A stretch of DNA of 64,000 nt from Vitrella brassicaformis CCMP3155. Its lineage: Eukaryota; Protista; Chromerida. Made by a program: the position numbers and the translations under genes. Each line of letters begins with the position of its first letter. Positions within the stretch are counted from its first letter, which is position 1. The notes under the pieces were generated by a model. It was not told where the DNA came from. It did no database searches and saw only the letters and a list, made by a program, of their open reading frames with translations. The stretch lies in NCBI GenBank assembly GCA_001179505.1, contig CDMY01000164.1, positions 1-64,000 of the forward strand. The letters are read 5' to 3'. This document shows positions 11,629 through 24,800 of the stretch, one piece after another.

Positions 11629-14520
11629 CCTAGCAGCAGCAGCCGGTGCCGTGCTCAGCGGCCTTCTCAAAGAAGGCCCTGACGTACCGCGTGGCCTCCT
11701 CTTCTTCGCACGCGTCGCCGCAATCGAAATCGTCCTCCTCCCCTGGTGCCTCTGCATCGTCCTGCCTCTCTAGGTCCTCCTTGGTGGTGCCGGAGATGCT
11801 GGGCATGCTCGGCTGAGACAGGAAGGAACCCTGCTGGTTGGGCAGCGCCATTGGGGGCGAGGTGCTGCAACCGTCGCCGAGGTCGCTCTCGATCGCTGAT
11901 GCGGACTTTTTCGCCGGGAGATGGGTGTCAGAGTTGGGAGTGCCGTTCTTAGTCATCTTGTATGTGCCCACACGGCCATCCTCGTCCTCACAGATGAACC
12001 TGCACCACTCGCACGGCACGTGCATCTGTATGTGCGGGGCAGACAGTGCCTCTTCGTGCACTTCACTCCCCACCTGTGGTCGTGTTTGTATTTGCCCTGT
12101 GCGATCCAGATGGCGACCTCGAGTACGATCCACGCCACCAGACATGCGATGAGAATCCCCACGATAATGGCCAGCCAATCGGAGGCGTCCAGGTCAGGAG
12201 CCGATAGCCAATTGGACAGCTGGACCTGCGAGCACATTTCCAAGAGGTGACAGGGCAGGTGAGAGTCTCTGTTTCTGTGGCTGACCCGCAGAGCCCAGCT
12301 GGTCATGACAATCAGCCAGACGAAAGGAGCGAAGTACGTCAGGGCTTTCCATGGGGATGATGTCAGCCGCAACAGATAAACACTTATCTGCACACACATG
12401 GACGAGCCATTCGTCAGATCCTGCCGATATCATCCCTGTCCATGTCCCATCGCTCACCGTGAGAAGGTTGAGAGCGGCCACCATCTGGTTGGTGGCGCCA
12501 AACAGCTGCCACAGCGAGTCGACCGTCCGGGAGTTGGCCAGGAAGATCGCCGGCACAACAGCCAAGGTGCAGCCGACAAAGGGATACCTAAGCGCCCGGG
12601 TGAGCACCCTCACTGGCCTCTTCCACATCGCCACGGGCCCATCGGTGGCTTGCTCCACGTGAACAACTCGGTCGATCATGTCGCCCACTTCAGCGATCAG
12701 CATGCGCTGGATGCGTGTGCACGTGTCGAGTGTGGTTGACGCGAACGAGACGACCATGACGACCACGACCGCCCGCGATGCGGCCACGGGAATGCCCAGA
12801 GACGCCATCAGTGCCCCGCCACCTCGGATAAAGTTGCTCAGGCCCGTCCCCGACGCATCCTTCCACGTGGCGTAAGCATCGCTGTACGTCACCTGGCAGG
12901 GAAAGGGGCATGAGTGTGGCGGCAGGCAGACAGCATGAAAGAGAAGGACCCCGGAGACATCCGTGGTGTCTCGATTGAAATTCACTGACCATTGTTGCAC
13001 AGATGGTGGTCACGAGCGCTGCAAGGGCCCCTTCGCCGAGCATGCCACCGTAGCCGATGGGGCGGGCGTGAGTTATCGACGATAATTGCTTGGAGGTCAC
13101 TCTGAGACACGCATACAGACAGGTAACCACTCCAGCATAATGCGTGTGTGTGGGTCTCTTGCTCACATTGATCCGATGAGCCCATGTGCACCGCTGACGG
13201 CCCCACAGGCAATGGTGACGAACAACATGGGGAATAGAGGGTCGCCCTCTCCACCACCCAGCGACGCCTCAGTGGCTTTGGTCTCGGCCGACCGCACTAT
13301 GTCGGCATTGATACTTGGACTGACGACCAACAAGCCGATGAAGAGGCCCAACCTGACGACACACAGACCAAAGAGACGTGGATGGCTGTGCACATCTTGA
13401 GGTCTCCTACATGCAGGTTTCCAGCTGTAGGGCATTGATGGCGTCTCTAGATTGCACCAGCAGCCAGACGGGCAGCAGGCTGCTGAAGAAGATGATAACC
13501 CCAATAACGATTGTCCACACCTGCTGCCCGCCGAAATCGCAGCCCTCCTCCATCACTGCGTTTCGACAAATCGACCCCCGCATCACTTGGAAGGGGTGAT
13601 CGAACCTGACACCACAAGCGCACAGGCCCGTCGATGCATCCCACTCTCTCGGTTGGTCGAGGCTTACCTTTCATCGATGGCGACTCCCAGCCAGATGAGC
13701 ACATAGAGTGCCACAAGGGCGATCACCGACGGCCAGAAGATGCCCACCTGCTGCTTCCTATATCTCCAGAGCGCCCCCACGGCCACTGCCACAAGAATCT
13801 GTCCGTTGACGGGCAGAACGGTCTCGGGGAAGTCGATCCACAGCTTGGCTATCACGTTGACGAACACCGCTATCACTTGCCAGGTGAAGAAGGATAGCAG
13901 GCACAAGAACAGAATGCCGCATCGGGGGGACAGAATGATGCCGCACATGTCACCAATGGAACGGCCTGTCACCAATAAGATGTACTCCGTGTCTGGGGTG
14001 GCTTATTGCGCTAATCGGTACCTTTGTTTCTTGCGGCAAGGACGAGTGCGCCGAAGTCATGGACAGCTCCAGCGAAGATGACCCCTCCGACAATCCAGAT
14101 GAGGCAGGGCAGCCAGCCGTAGTACATCGCTATCGACGGGCCCACAATGGGAGCCGCACCAGCTGCATCGCCAAGACACACACAGACATCCTCACGCAGC
14201 CACGCTGTTCGCTGCTCACTTGGCTCACTCACCGATTGAGGTGAAATGGTGTCCGAACAGCAGGAACGGGTCGGACGCATGGTAGTCGATATTGCCCTGG
14301 TGCGCCGGGTCCTTGCTGGGCACCGGCTCACTCGGCCTGATCCCAAAGACCTTTCTCGCCAGGAACTTTGAATAGAGCAGCTCCCCCACCACCAGCAGGG
14401 CCGCCAGAGTGAAGGTGAAGAGCAGCACCCCGCCAGACGATGTGGCCAGGCCCGCGATGGCGCACGCAGCCAGGAAGGTCCCCATGGCGGCATAAACCAT
14501 GTTCGGGCCCGTCATCAGCC
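11629..14520 (-). repeat. Right arm of CstA inverted duplication
   Basis: Reverse complement of 5615..8565. Confidence 0.9.
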
Positions 14521-14557
14521 GACGCACCAAGCCCTTGACACCGTCGGCAGACTCCAT
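11630..14557 (-). CDS. cstA: CstA-family transporter, copy 2; 10 exons
   Basis: Same motifs as copy 1 on the minus strand ([22 protein letters not shown]... to ...[12 protein letters not shown]). Lacks the intron that copy 1 has at 7434-7497. Confidence 0.9.
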
Positions 14558-15399
14558 CGTGTACAAAGAGCTGAGAGAGGCTGAGATAACGGCTGCCTCT
14601 GAAGTGCTGCCAAGTGCGAGAGTCGGCGGTCAGGTGCTGCTCGTCATTGCTTTCCTCCTTGGCGTTGGCTTGGGCGTACGCGGCGAGGAAGCGAGCTCAT
14701 GAGCTCGCAGCTCTCTGCGAGCTAAGCCGCGAGGCGATAGCGAATTGCGCGTTTCAGAGAGCGCGGCTCTTTGGATCACCGACCCTACGCGTGTGACGCT
14801 GTTCTTCACCCAGTTTTCCCCACCGTCCTCAGCTGTCGCACCCAGATCACGCCTTTCTCTCAGACATCTCTGTGACATTGTCGTAGCTGTCAGCCAATCG
14901 TCATGCCTCAGCCGCCCTCTGAGATGCATCACTACCGTGTGAGTGTGGACGTCCTCTGCGGAGGCTCCATCAGACACACACAGCACAAACAGGTGGGTGA
15001 TGCATGCCGCCACACACGGGGTGGGGAGACAGACCACACACGACGAGGGAAGGGACGGAGGAAGGCGTGCACACAGAGACGGCACACGACGCCACGTAGA
15101 CAGCAAGCGCTCGTGTCTCCATCATTCCGTCCTTTGTCTGTCTGTGTGTCTTCCTCTCCTGTCTGCGACAGATTGTCCCTCTTCCCATTATGAAGACCGT
15201 CTCGCAGCCCGCCACTCCCTCGCCCTGTGACACCACCCACGACGACAAGCCCGTCTACCCCCGTCTACCCGACGGTCTGCGTTTCGCGACCCCGCCCAAG
15301 GCGTCTTCACTCTTGCAGCGGCGGTTCGGCACGGCCACCGACTTGCGAGTGGACGTGCCGTGACCACCGTGGCGACCCACCAGCCATTGGCAGAGGGGA

Positions 15400-18300
15400 G
15401 GGGTGGACTGACAATGAAGCGGGTGGGGGGGGGTGTAGTGTGCAGCAGCTCTTGTATCGTCATCATGTATCGATCGTATGATGTGTGGTGGTGGCGGTTG
15501 CGTGAGTGTACCAAGGGCGACAATTCGTGTCATGTCATGTTTTGTCTGGACTATTGTGGCTGCCTGTGGGGGGTGGGGTGGGGTGGTTGATTGTGTGATG
15601 GATGTGACTGCCTATGCTACGCTACGCTACGCTATGCTATGCTACCCTTGTCCTTGCCCCCTCTTTGTGTGTATCTACCTGTCTCTATCTCACCTCGTCT
15701 CAACTCGTCTGTCTGCCTTTCTCATCTCGTCTCATCTCGTCTTATATCCACCTTTCTACAGACACACATGCCTGCCTGCCTAGCTGCCTGCCTGCCTGCC
15801 TGCCTATCTTTCTCGCTACTGAGCTGGCTATTTGTCTAACGACCAACCGAACAACTAGCCGACATACACACACACACACGTGCCCGGCATGCGGACCATC
15901 CTCAGCAGACAGATGGGGCGGGGGGCTGGGGGAGCGAGGGAGGGAGCGACGGAGGGAGGGAGGAGTCTGTACAGTGACTGCTAGTTAGTGCATGTCTGTC
16001 ATGCCCCGCCCTGCCATGTCAGGTCATGTCAGGCTGTGTATGCTCGACGGCCCACCATTACCCATTCATAGACCTGGGCGGTGGTGGTGCGGTCAGCTGC
16101 TGGCATGCCTGCCTGCCTGACGGACTGGCATCGTGTGTGTTCATCCCCTCCCCTCCCCTCCCCTCCCCGCCCCTTGTCTTTTCCTGTCGTCCGGTCCGCC
16201 TGCATTGCCTCCATCAAGTGCACACAGTCCGATAGCTACAGACACACGCCCGTGTGGTGGGTGGGTGCGTGCCTTTTTCCCAGACAGACAGACAGACGGG
16301 CTTGGGGTTGATTTGACTCGACCGACCGTTCCTGGTGGCCGGCCGGCCGGCCGGCAGGCAGGCCGGCCCTTTGTTGTTGTCCATGTACAGCTAGGGGTGA
16401 CCTATCCTAAGCTACCTACCTACTCACCTACTCGGCTTGCTGGATTGCTTGACTGACTTGCGTGAGGTGCGTGTTGCGTGTGTGTATTTCTTTCCAGACA
16501 CTGCACTCATGGTGGATGGATGGATGGATTCAGAGAGAGAGAGAGAGATGATGCTGGATCGAGCTAGCGATCTGGAGGCTGTCTTGCTAGCTCCCTGCGA
16601 AATACGCGAGGGGGCGCGAGGCCGGCCGGCCCCACTGACTGTTATTCTTAATATTGATTGCCGGAAGAAACAGCGATGGACGGATGGAAAAGTTGAGCTT
16701 TTTCTGCCTTTCGTGCTCTCCTGCGCTCGTGTGCCTATCTAAAGAATGCATCTCATCTTTTTGCGTTGGGTCGATGAGGTCGATGCGATGTGGTGTGTTC
16801 CCTCCCCTACCCCAGCCCACCGCGCGGTGTTTTTGCGCATTTTGCTTTGAATTCCCTTTTGCCCTTTCCTTTTTGATTTTTCCTTCTTCCCCCATATATA
16901 TATCATAGCAATCAATTGCTGAGCAGCATTTTTTGACATCCATATGTGGTGGCTGTGGTTGGGGCGTGGCGTGCAGCGGTGTTGTGTGCACATACGTACG
17001 TATCTCGCCGCCCTTGGCGCACACATGGATGGATGGATGGACCGAGTGGATGGATGGGTACTTTTTGCCTGACTGACTCGACTGCGTGCAGTACCTACAA
17101 GCCATTCGTGCCGTGCCGTGCCAGCCACTGACTCACTCAAGGAGACGTACGGTAGGTAACGCCTGAATGAACCATCCTACCACACCATACATGCGTCGAG
17201 CCACGATGTGTGTGTGTGTGTTGTATAAGATCAAGCTGGCATGGAAGCGATCCGTACAGACTGCGTACTGGTACGAACGTTGATTTGATACGTACAGGTC
17301 TTGTTCGAACCTCCCTCCCTGTTGGTTGATCTGATTGGGAACTGTATGGATGAATGTGCGGCTGGCTGTCTCTTGCAAGCTTTTCTTGCGGCTGGCCGGG
17401 CTGCTCACTCATTCGCCCACCTAACTCAACAAATTGAATGCCATGTGAGGTACTCTGTCTCTCTGTCTCTGCCGACGGCGACGGCCGCCCACTCGCCCAC
17501 TCATACACACACCTGCCTGCACGTCTGTCTCATCTCATCGTCGTCCCGTTTGTTTCTGTTCGCGAAGTGTCTGTCCTTGCCCCGTGTGTCGCTGGCTGAC
17601 TCCCTGTGCCTAGACAGTCTGGCTGGCTGCGTCCGTCTGCCCTCGTGTGGATCAACTCGCTCGCTCTCTGGCAGCACAGCACACTGCATGGCGTCGCGTG
17701 GAGGTGATTCAGCTCTAGGTGCATGTGGATGCTCACGACGGTTTCGGGGCATTCTGCGTTAGTGAGAGGTGTATGCGACGCATTGTGCTCCAGTGTCGGA
17801 TCTCGGGCATCCACGCATGTGTCATGTGTTGATGATGACAAGTCGACAACACACAGGTTGGGTGCCTGGGACGGACAGGGGAGCCGCAGTGTGATTTGCA
17901 CACGCCACGCCGCGCCTGCCCCATGATGTTTCGGTCGGTTCGTCCACTCACCTACTGGCTTGCCTTTAGTCATCGCCTGTGTCTGCAATGTGGTGCCCAC
18001 ACAGAGCGGGTGCACACTCACTCACTCACTCACTTCTGTTCACTACTCACTGCACTTGTCTCTTCTGCCTGTCTTTTGATACACACACACATACATCACA
18101 TGTCGCATTTCACACACACATACACACACACACACACATGCTTGGTGGGGTGGATGGCTTGATGGGCGTGTTGAGCGTGTTGAGAGCGAGAAGTGTCCCT
18201 CCTCCCTACTGTGGTGGGTAGTTTTCACGCACAACTCCCTCCCTCTCAATACATACTCTGTTCCATATGTTCGATGTCTGTCGCTTTTGCGTGTGCGGCG

Positions 18301-20300
18301 ATGCGTGCAGTGTTAAATTGTTGATGGCAACTGACGGGAGAAACCTGGCCAACACCAGGTTGTCTCGTTCATTGCCATTGGCGAGCTCATACTCACTCAT
18401 CGGTGGCACGCCACACATCCATCACATGGCGGGCGACACACAACACACAGACCAGGTCGGTTTGGGTCAGGTTTCTGTCTATCTTCTACAATTAAGGTCT
18501 ACTTGTCTAGTACTTACTTGTCTGCCTGTCTACACAATGAAGCAAGCACACGTACTGACTGACACGGTGCCATACACACATACACAAACATCCCATGACA
18601 TGACGGGTGAGGGGATGGATGGATGGATGGTTGATATCTTATCTGGCTGGGATTTTCTTCACCCACACGCACGCACGCACGCACGCACGCACACTCAGTG
18701 AGTGCTTCCGTACGATTGCATTCACACACACACATATGTCATGTGTGTATACGTGTGATCTACATACACACAGACATGCATACATACATACATCCATACA
18801 TCACAAAGTGAGCGAGTGAGGGAGACAGACGCACATGATGGATGTGATGTGATGTGTCCGGCACGCATCTCGGCTCGTTTTAGTTTCTGTCTAGTCAGCC
18901 CGCCCCCATACGTCACACGGGCGCGCGCCGGTTTGGTGGGAGAGAGGGTCGGTGTGGGGGTGGTCGGGTGGGTGGATGCACCTGAAGGTCTAGGCCACCG
19001 CCGGGAGGCACCGGCCTAGCCACTCGTGGATCCATCCACACACCATTGGGGAGGGAGGGAGAGAGGNNNNNNNNNNNNNNNNNNNNNNNNNNNNNNNNNN
19101 NNNNNNNNNNNNNNNNNNNNNNNNNNNNNNNNNNNNNNNNNNNNNNNNNNNNNNNNNNNNNNNNNNNNNNNNNNNNNNNNNNNNNNNNNNNNNNNNNNNN
19201 NNNNNNNNNNNNNNNNNNNNNNNNNNNNNNNNNNNNNNNNNNNNNNNNNNNNNNNNNNNNNNNNNNNNNNNNNNNNNNNNNNNNNNNNNNNNNNNNNNNN
19301 NNNNNNNNNNNNNNNNNNNNNNNNNNNNNNNNNNNNNNNNNNNNNNNNNNNNNNNNNNNNNNNNNNAGAGGGAGGCAGACCGGTTGAGTACTTTTTTGTG
19401 TCGACACATCACATCATAGCACATCATACCATACTGCACCACCAGCTGAAGTGGTACATGTAGAGACAATGCGTTTCTCTCACTCAGTCAAGTGGCAGGC
19501 AGGGAGCAGCTCACTCAACTCACACCACACCACGCTCTTTCTTCTTCCACCAATGAGCTGTTTTCGCAGCGAGCGAGTGAGGGCAGACAGACAGACAGAC
19601 AGACCTGATTTTTCCTCTTGTGTGCGTGGAACCGATGGCTGGCCAGTCGTCGTTGGGAGGGCGGTGGATGGATGGATGGATCGACGGTTGGATGCATGGC
19701 GTGTGTGGGTGGGTGGGTGGGTTCCGGAGGCAGCTGCAGACAGAGGAGGGGAGGGGTGCAGGGGAAGAGGGATTGGGATTGTAGCCTCATTGAGGCAGGC
19801 AGGTACCGCTATGGTACAGGGCGAGAGAGAGCCCCAGTGCGTGTAAGCCGTATACATAAGAACAGACGTGAGATGAGAGCAGGTGCGAACGGAGAGACAG
19901 ACTACTGCAGTACGACGATCGAATAAATTTGCAACGTGTGTTGGTTCCGTGACCATGTCCCTTCCCACCAACCCTCGCCCGTGCACATCAGTGAGCCAAT
20001 GTACGAGCACGTTCCTTCCCATCAATGTACTGGACTGGCATCAGATCAGCCAGCGAGAGTTCTCAGCGCCGCAGCCAACCACGGCAGCAGCGGCCATGCA
20101 TGTCACGTGGCCGCTGCTCACGTATGGGGCTGCGCAACTAAGAATCACCTGCTGGCGACTTGCCACGACCTCATTTGACCACCAGACGCACAACGAGCAT
20201 ACCACAACAAATGCCCTCTCCTGTGTACGCGATGCAGTCAATCACTCACAGACGAACGCACCCACCTACCTATCCACCATGAATGTATCTTATCGACAAT
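15400..20300. repeat. Microsatellite-rich gene-poor interval
   Basis: Dense (CA)n, (GT)n, (GGAT)n, (GCCT)n, (CACG)n and (CAGA)n tracts; no recognisable protein in any frame. Confidence 0.6.
19067..19366. other. Assembly gap (300 N)
   Basis: Run of exactly 300 N. Confidence 1.
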
Positions 20301-20361
20301 CGCGTCCCACCCACCCCCACCAAGCCACTACGGAACTGACTATGGCTGCCCTAAGGGTCTG

Positions 20362-20557
20362 TTAGGGGTTGTTTCCCAACAAGTAGTGGAGCTGCTTGCT
20401 GGCCTCGTTGTTGACCCAAGGCACCACGTCGATGACCGCTGCGGGTCGCTGATGGGGTACCTGGCGGGGTCGCTGGTCTGGAAGGCGTTGTTGAGCATCA
20501 CCGCCTCCATCGTAGAGTGACATCAAATTCCTACGCAAACGCACGCAGATCAGCCTG

Positions 20558-20593
<36 letters not shown>

Positions 20594-20758
20594 CGGTGGG
20601 CGGGTCATCGTTACTCCGACTTCCTCTCACCATTGGCAGTTGAACAGCAGCCTGACGGCCTCCCAGCAGGTCTCTGCTAGTATCTCCCGGCCCGCATTGA
20701 ACGCCGCCATGACGATCTCCAGCTCCTGGGACCGCACCGCCCCCTCCTTGGCCGCCAT
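20362..20758 (-). CDS. Small hypothetical two-exon gene, divergent from the NDR kinase
   Basis: MAAKEGAVRSQELEIVMAAFNAGREILAETCWEAVRLLFNCQW, then a GT donor and a (GT/CA)n intron, then ...VIDVVPWVNNEASKQLHYLLGNNP*. Codon usage looks coding; frame of exon 2 is uncertain and no family is recognised. Confidence 0.35.
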
Positions 20759-21084
20759 GAGTGCGTGAGATACATGGGGAGGTGGGGAGGGCTCTTCCAA
20801 CTGACTGACCAGCGAGTGACATGGGTGGTCTTCGGTGCGTCTGCCGGGGGCATGGGATCTACCTCGAACGCCATGTCCTCACCGTGAGGTCTGCGCCGCA
20901 GCCGCAAACCTGATATCGAGGCGAAGAAACACAACAGCTGTGCGCAAAGCCCCTGCGGATGAGTTTGCATCTGTGCGTTGTCGCGTACCATCAGGTGCTG
21001 CTTAGTTGATGCGAAGAGATCTGCGCTGGGCTGCGCGAAACTTGCGCGAAACGCAAAGTCGAGCACGTAAACGGAGCTCTGGAA

Positions 21085-21799
21085 ATGGCGGAAAGACTGG
21101 CATCGCTCGAGGTACACACCAAGACGCAGCACATCCCACGACACCCATACATATCGTGTGTGTGTGATGCAGGCTCTGACGTGGGAGTCTCGTGCGCGGG
21201 ATCGCATGTCGGAGGCGCACATGATGAGGAGGCTGTGTGAGGACATGCAGCGAGAGATGGAGGCCATGGGCTTCACTGAGGAGGAGAAGGACGCAATGAT
21301 AGAAGAGCTAGTCAAGAACAGGGCCAAGTTCAGGGGACTCGAGTGAGTCCAAGAGGAAGGGGATCAAAGAAGGGGCTTTGATGGGATAGATGGAGCACAT
21401 GGATGGGCGTTTGTTGTCTTTCGTCTTTATTTCTCACGTGCCTGCAGGACGCAGCTGAGGATGGAGAACATCAGAATGCCGTCGAAGCGAAAGGTCATCG
21501 GGTGAGTGAATGGCAGACAGACACACGAGCAGTTATGTATGCCGCAGAGAGGCCCTTCCTTTGTGACATGCCTGATGTGTATTGTCCCTCCCTCCCTCCT
21601 TCGTCGCTGCTGCCGTGCTACAGTCAGGGAGCGTATGGGATAGTGTACTTGTTGCCGGAGAGCCAGTGGGGCGTGGTGGTCCTCAAGGCCATGATGAAGA
21701 CAGAACTCATACGCAAAAACGTACGGACGGACCGACGGACGTACACACAGACAGATGGATGGATGGATGGACACAATAGACGCATGATGGTTGGATGGA

Positions 21800-21833
<34 letters not shown>

Positions 21834-24800
21834 GAATCGGTTTTCCTTCTGGATCAGAGTGTGGATAAGGTGCTGACTGAGAGGTCCGCCATGACCAAGG
21901 CCGTCGACTCGCCATGGATCGCACACCTATACCACTCATTCCAGGCAGGGCAGGCGCACAGCACACGATGACCCATACATATCCTTCCTTGTCTGCATCT
22001 ACCCCCTGTCCAACCACCTGTGGTATGGTGTGGTGTGGTGTGCCGTCGTTCGTTCCAGAAGGAGGATTTGCTGCTGATGGTGATGGAGTTTGTGCAGGGC
22101 GGTGACCTGATGGAGCACCTCATCCAGCGACAGATCTTCTCCGAGCAAGAGACCAGGTTCTATATCGCAGAACTGGTCGAGGCGCTCGACTACGTCCACA
22201 CGAAGCTGGGCTTCATCCACAGGGGTGCGTGAGCAACGCGCACACACGCACACACGCACATGGAAATCACGGGACATATCGATGTATGCTTGTGTGGTGT
22301 GTGTCCCGTCCGCCCTCCACAGACGTCAAGCCCGACAACATTTGCTTGGACACCAAAGGCCACCTGAAGCTGCTCGACTTCGGACTTGCAAAGGACACAC
22401 AGGCAGGCCATATCGTCCATCCATCCATCCCACCCCCCCACCCCCTGCTGTATGTGTCTTTTTCCGTGTCTTGTCTGTCTGCAGGATTGGTCGTCGCGGG
22501 TGAGGCGCCTCTTCGAGGCGGGACGACGCAGCCTCAAGGAACACCAAGGCAAGACACACAGACGGACCGACCGACAGCATTGGACAAGATGCACACAGGC
22601 ATACTGTGCCGATGTGCACATGCAGAGCGATCCGTTGCCGACGTGGCGGCGAACGGCCTGGGGTCAAGCCAGGATGGCCCCACTGCTGGCGATGTCGACG
22701 GCAAACACGAGACGCAGACACAGATGCAGACACCGACACAGACGACGACGTCCCGCCCGTCGCATCTGAGCAGGGAGCAGATGGCCTCCATGGTCGGCAC
22801 TTGGGATTACATGGTGTGTATGTGTGTAACCGCACACACACACACACACATACGGAGACACAAGATCTCCCTCCCTTCGTGTCTTATTCCTTGCTGACTG
22901 ATCCATCCGCCATCACATGTATGTCAGGCCCCGGAGTTGTTTCAGCGTCAGCCCTACGGTTTTGACGTCGACTGGTGGGCGGTAAGTTAAGTTAGCTGAC
23001 TGAAGCACACACACGAATACACAAATTGCAGAACGGAGAGGAATGTCGTTCGTTCGTTCGTTCAGGTGGGTGTGATAATGTACGAAATGCTGTACGGCGG
23101 GCCGCCCTTCGCCGACCCCCAACACAATCCAGAGACCACGGCACAGAGGGTGCCCCAGTAAGTGGGAGGAAATTGACATTGACGTCCTGTTCATCCAGCT
23201 AGCTGCTGCCATTTGAACCTGCGGTGCAGGTGGCAGAAGCATTTGGAGTTCCACGCGACACCCGCCATTTCTGCGGACGCCATAGGCCTAATGAAGAAGT
23301 GAGGCAGACACACAGCACGCACACACACACACACACAGACAGAGAGAGAGAGTGTTGGGGATGGATGGATGGATGTGCGTCGATGTACCTACCAGGTTGC
23401 TGTGTGACTCGAAGGACCGGCTCAAGACGGCCGCAGAGATCCGCACGCACCCCTTCTTCAAAGGCATCGACTTCAGCAGCCTGAGGCAACAGAACCCGCC
23501 CTTCGTGCCTCAGCTGAGCGGCCCCCTGGACACCAGCTACTTCCCCGTCATCGACACGAAAGAGGCCGAGCAGAGGGTAAGTGCGGAAGGACACAAGAGG
23601 GAGGCACCCACCTGCGCCCCCACGGCCATCTCTTTTGCCCGTCAGTTCCAGCGCAACCAGTTTGTCTTCCCCAAACACGACCCAACTCGCCTTCTAGCGG
23701 TCAGTCAGTAACCACACACCCATTGCCCACTGACATTTCTGCACGTCCCTTCTCTCTCTCTCTATCTCCCTCGTACTCCTGCAGCGTTTGACGATCCGTG
23801 ACGACGACTGGCACTACTCTGACCGGACGGCGTCCAAGCACCTCCTGCACAACCCCCAGCTGTCATACGGCCTCCTCAAGGAGCACATCAACAGCAAGAA
23901 GGCCAGGCAGGAGCAGCAGCAGCGAAAACAAGTGTCGGCCAATCAGGGTGGCGAGGGCCGACGAGAGGGGGAGGGGGAGAAGGAGAAAGAGGAGGAGGAC
24001 AATGATATAGTGATTGTGGAGAGGGAGGACCACGGCGCCGCATCCCCCGCGACTCCCAATCTCATCCCTGGTGGGTGAAAGCGCTACACGCCCAGCCAAG
24101 CAGACTTTTCTCATCGCTTTCTGTCTGCCCGTTCAGCCATCTCCGCCGTTGCCCCCGCCCCCGCCCTCGCCCCCCTCTCATCAGTAGAGGAGCGCACCGA
24201 GCCCACACTCACAGACCAGGCCGCACTCGCCTCGCCGACAGCCGCAGACACCCCCAAGCATGGAGGCAGGTCGCCCACGTCTCGCGGCGCCATGTCGGCC
24301 CTCCTGCGGCCGTTCACTCTACTGTTTCGCAAGCAAAGCGGTGCAGCCAAAGGGGCCAGGAGGGTGGGGGGAAGGGCCGAGGGTGATAGGAATGAGGCGA
24401 CGGGCGGTAGAGAAGGGGAGGGGCCGACACATCAGCGGTGTGAGGAGGTGACGGAGACGCCAGATGCACAGCAGCCGATGGAGAGCGGCGCGCAACGACA
24501 GCTGACCGAGGGCACTCCCAACACTGGTATGTCTACATACGTGTCAGAAGGACAACCACACCACCGGTGACGCATGGCATGTTTGCCGTCTGTCTGTTTG
24601 TCTGTTTGTCTGTCTGTCTGTCTGTTCAGACATACCCATCTCCTCCATCGAGGTGCCCACCCTCCCCTCCTCATCTCCCTCTGCCTCTGCGTCTCCGTCG
24701 GCATTTGCATTTCCATCCGATAGCAGCCCCACTGCCGCCAGCGCCAGCCCCAGCCCCAGCCCCGGCGGCTCCCCCATCAGCCCCCTCCCTCACGGCATCA

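Noticed and set aside
5615-14520. Inverted repeats as transposon termini (composite transposon carrying RPL21)
   Set aside because: The arms are the CstA genes themselves; no transposase, short TIRs or target-site duplication recognised.
5584-14557. Bacterial contamination explaining CstA
   Set aside because: Multiple spliceosomal introns, the same microsatellite style as the rest of the window, and eukaryotic RPL21 between the copies.
15400-20300. CRISPR-like or satellite array in the repeat-rich intergenic stretch
   Set aside because: Only simple 2-5 bp microsatellites; no constant-length repeat-spacer structure; eukaryotic context.
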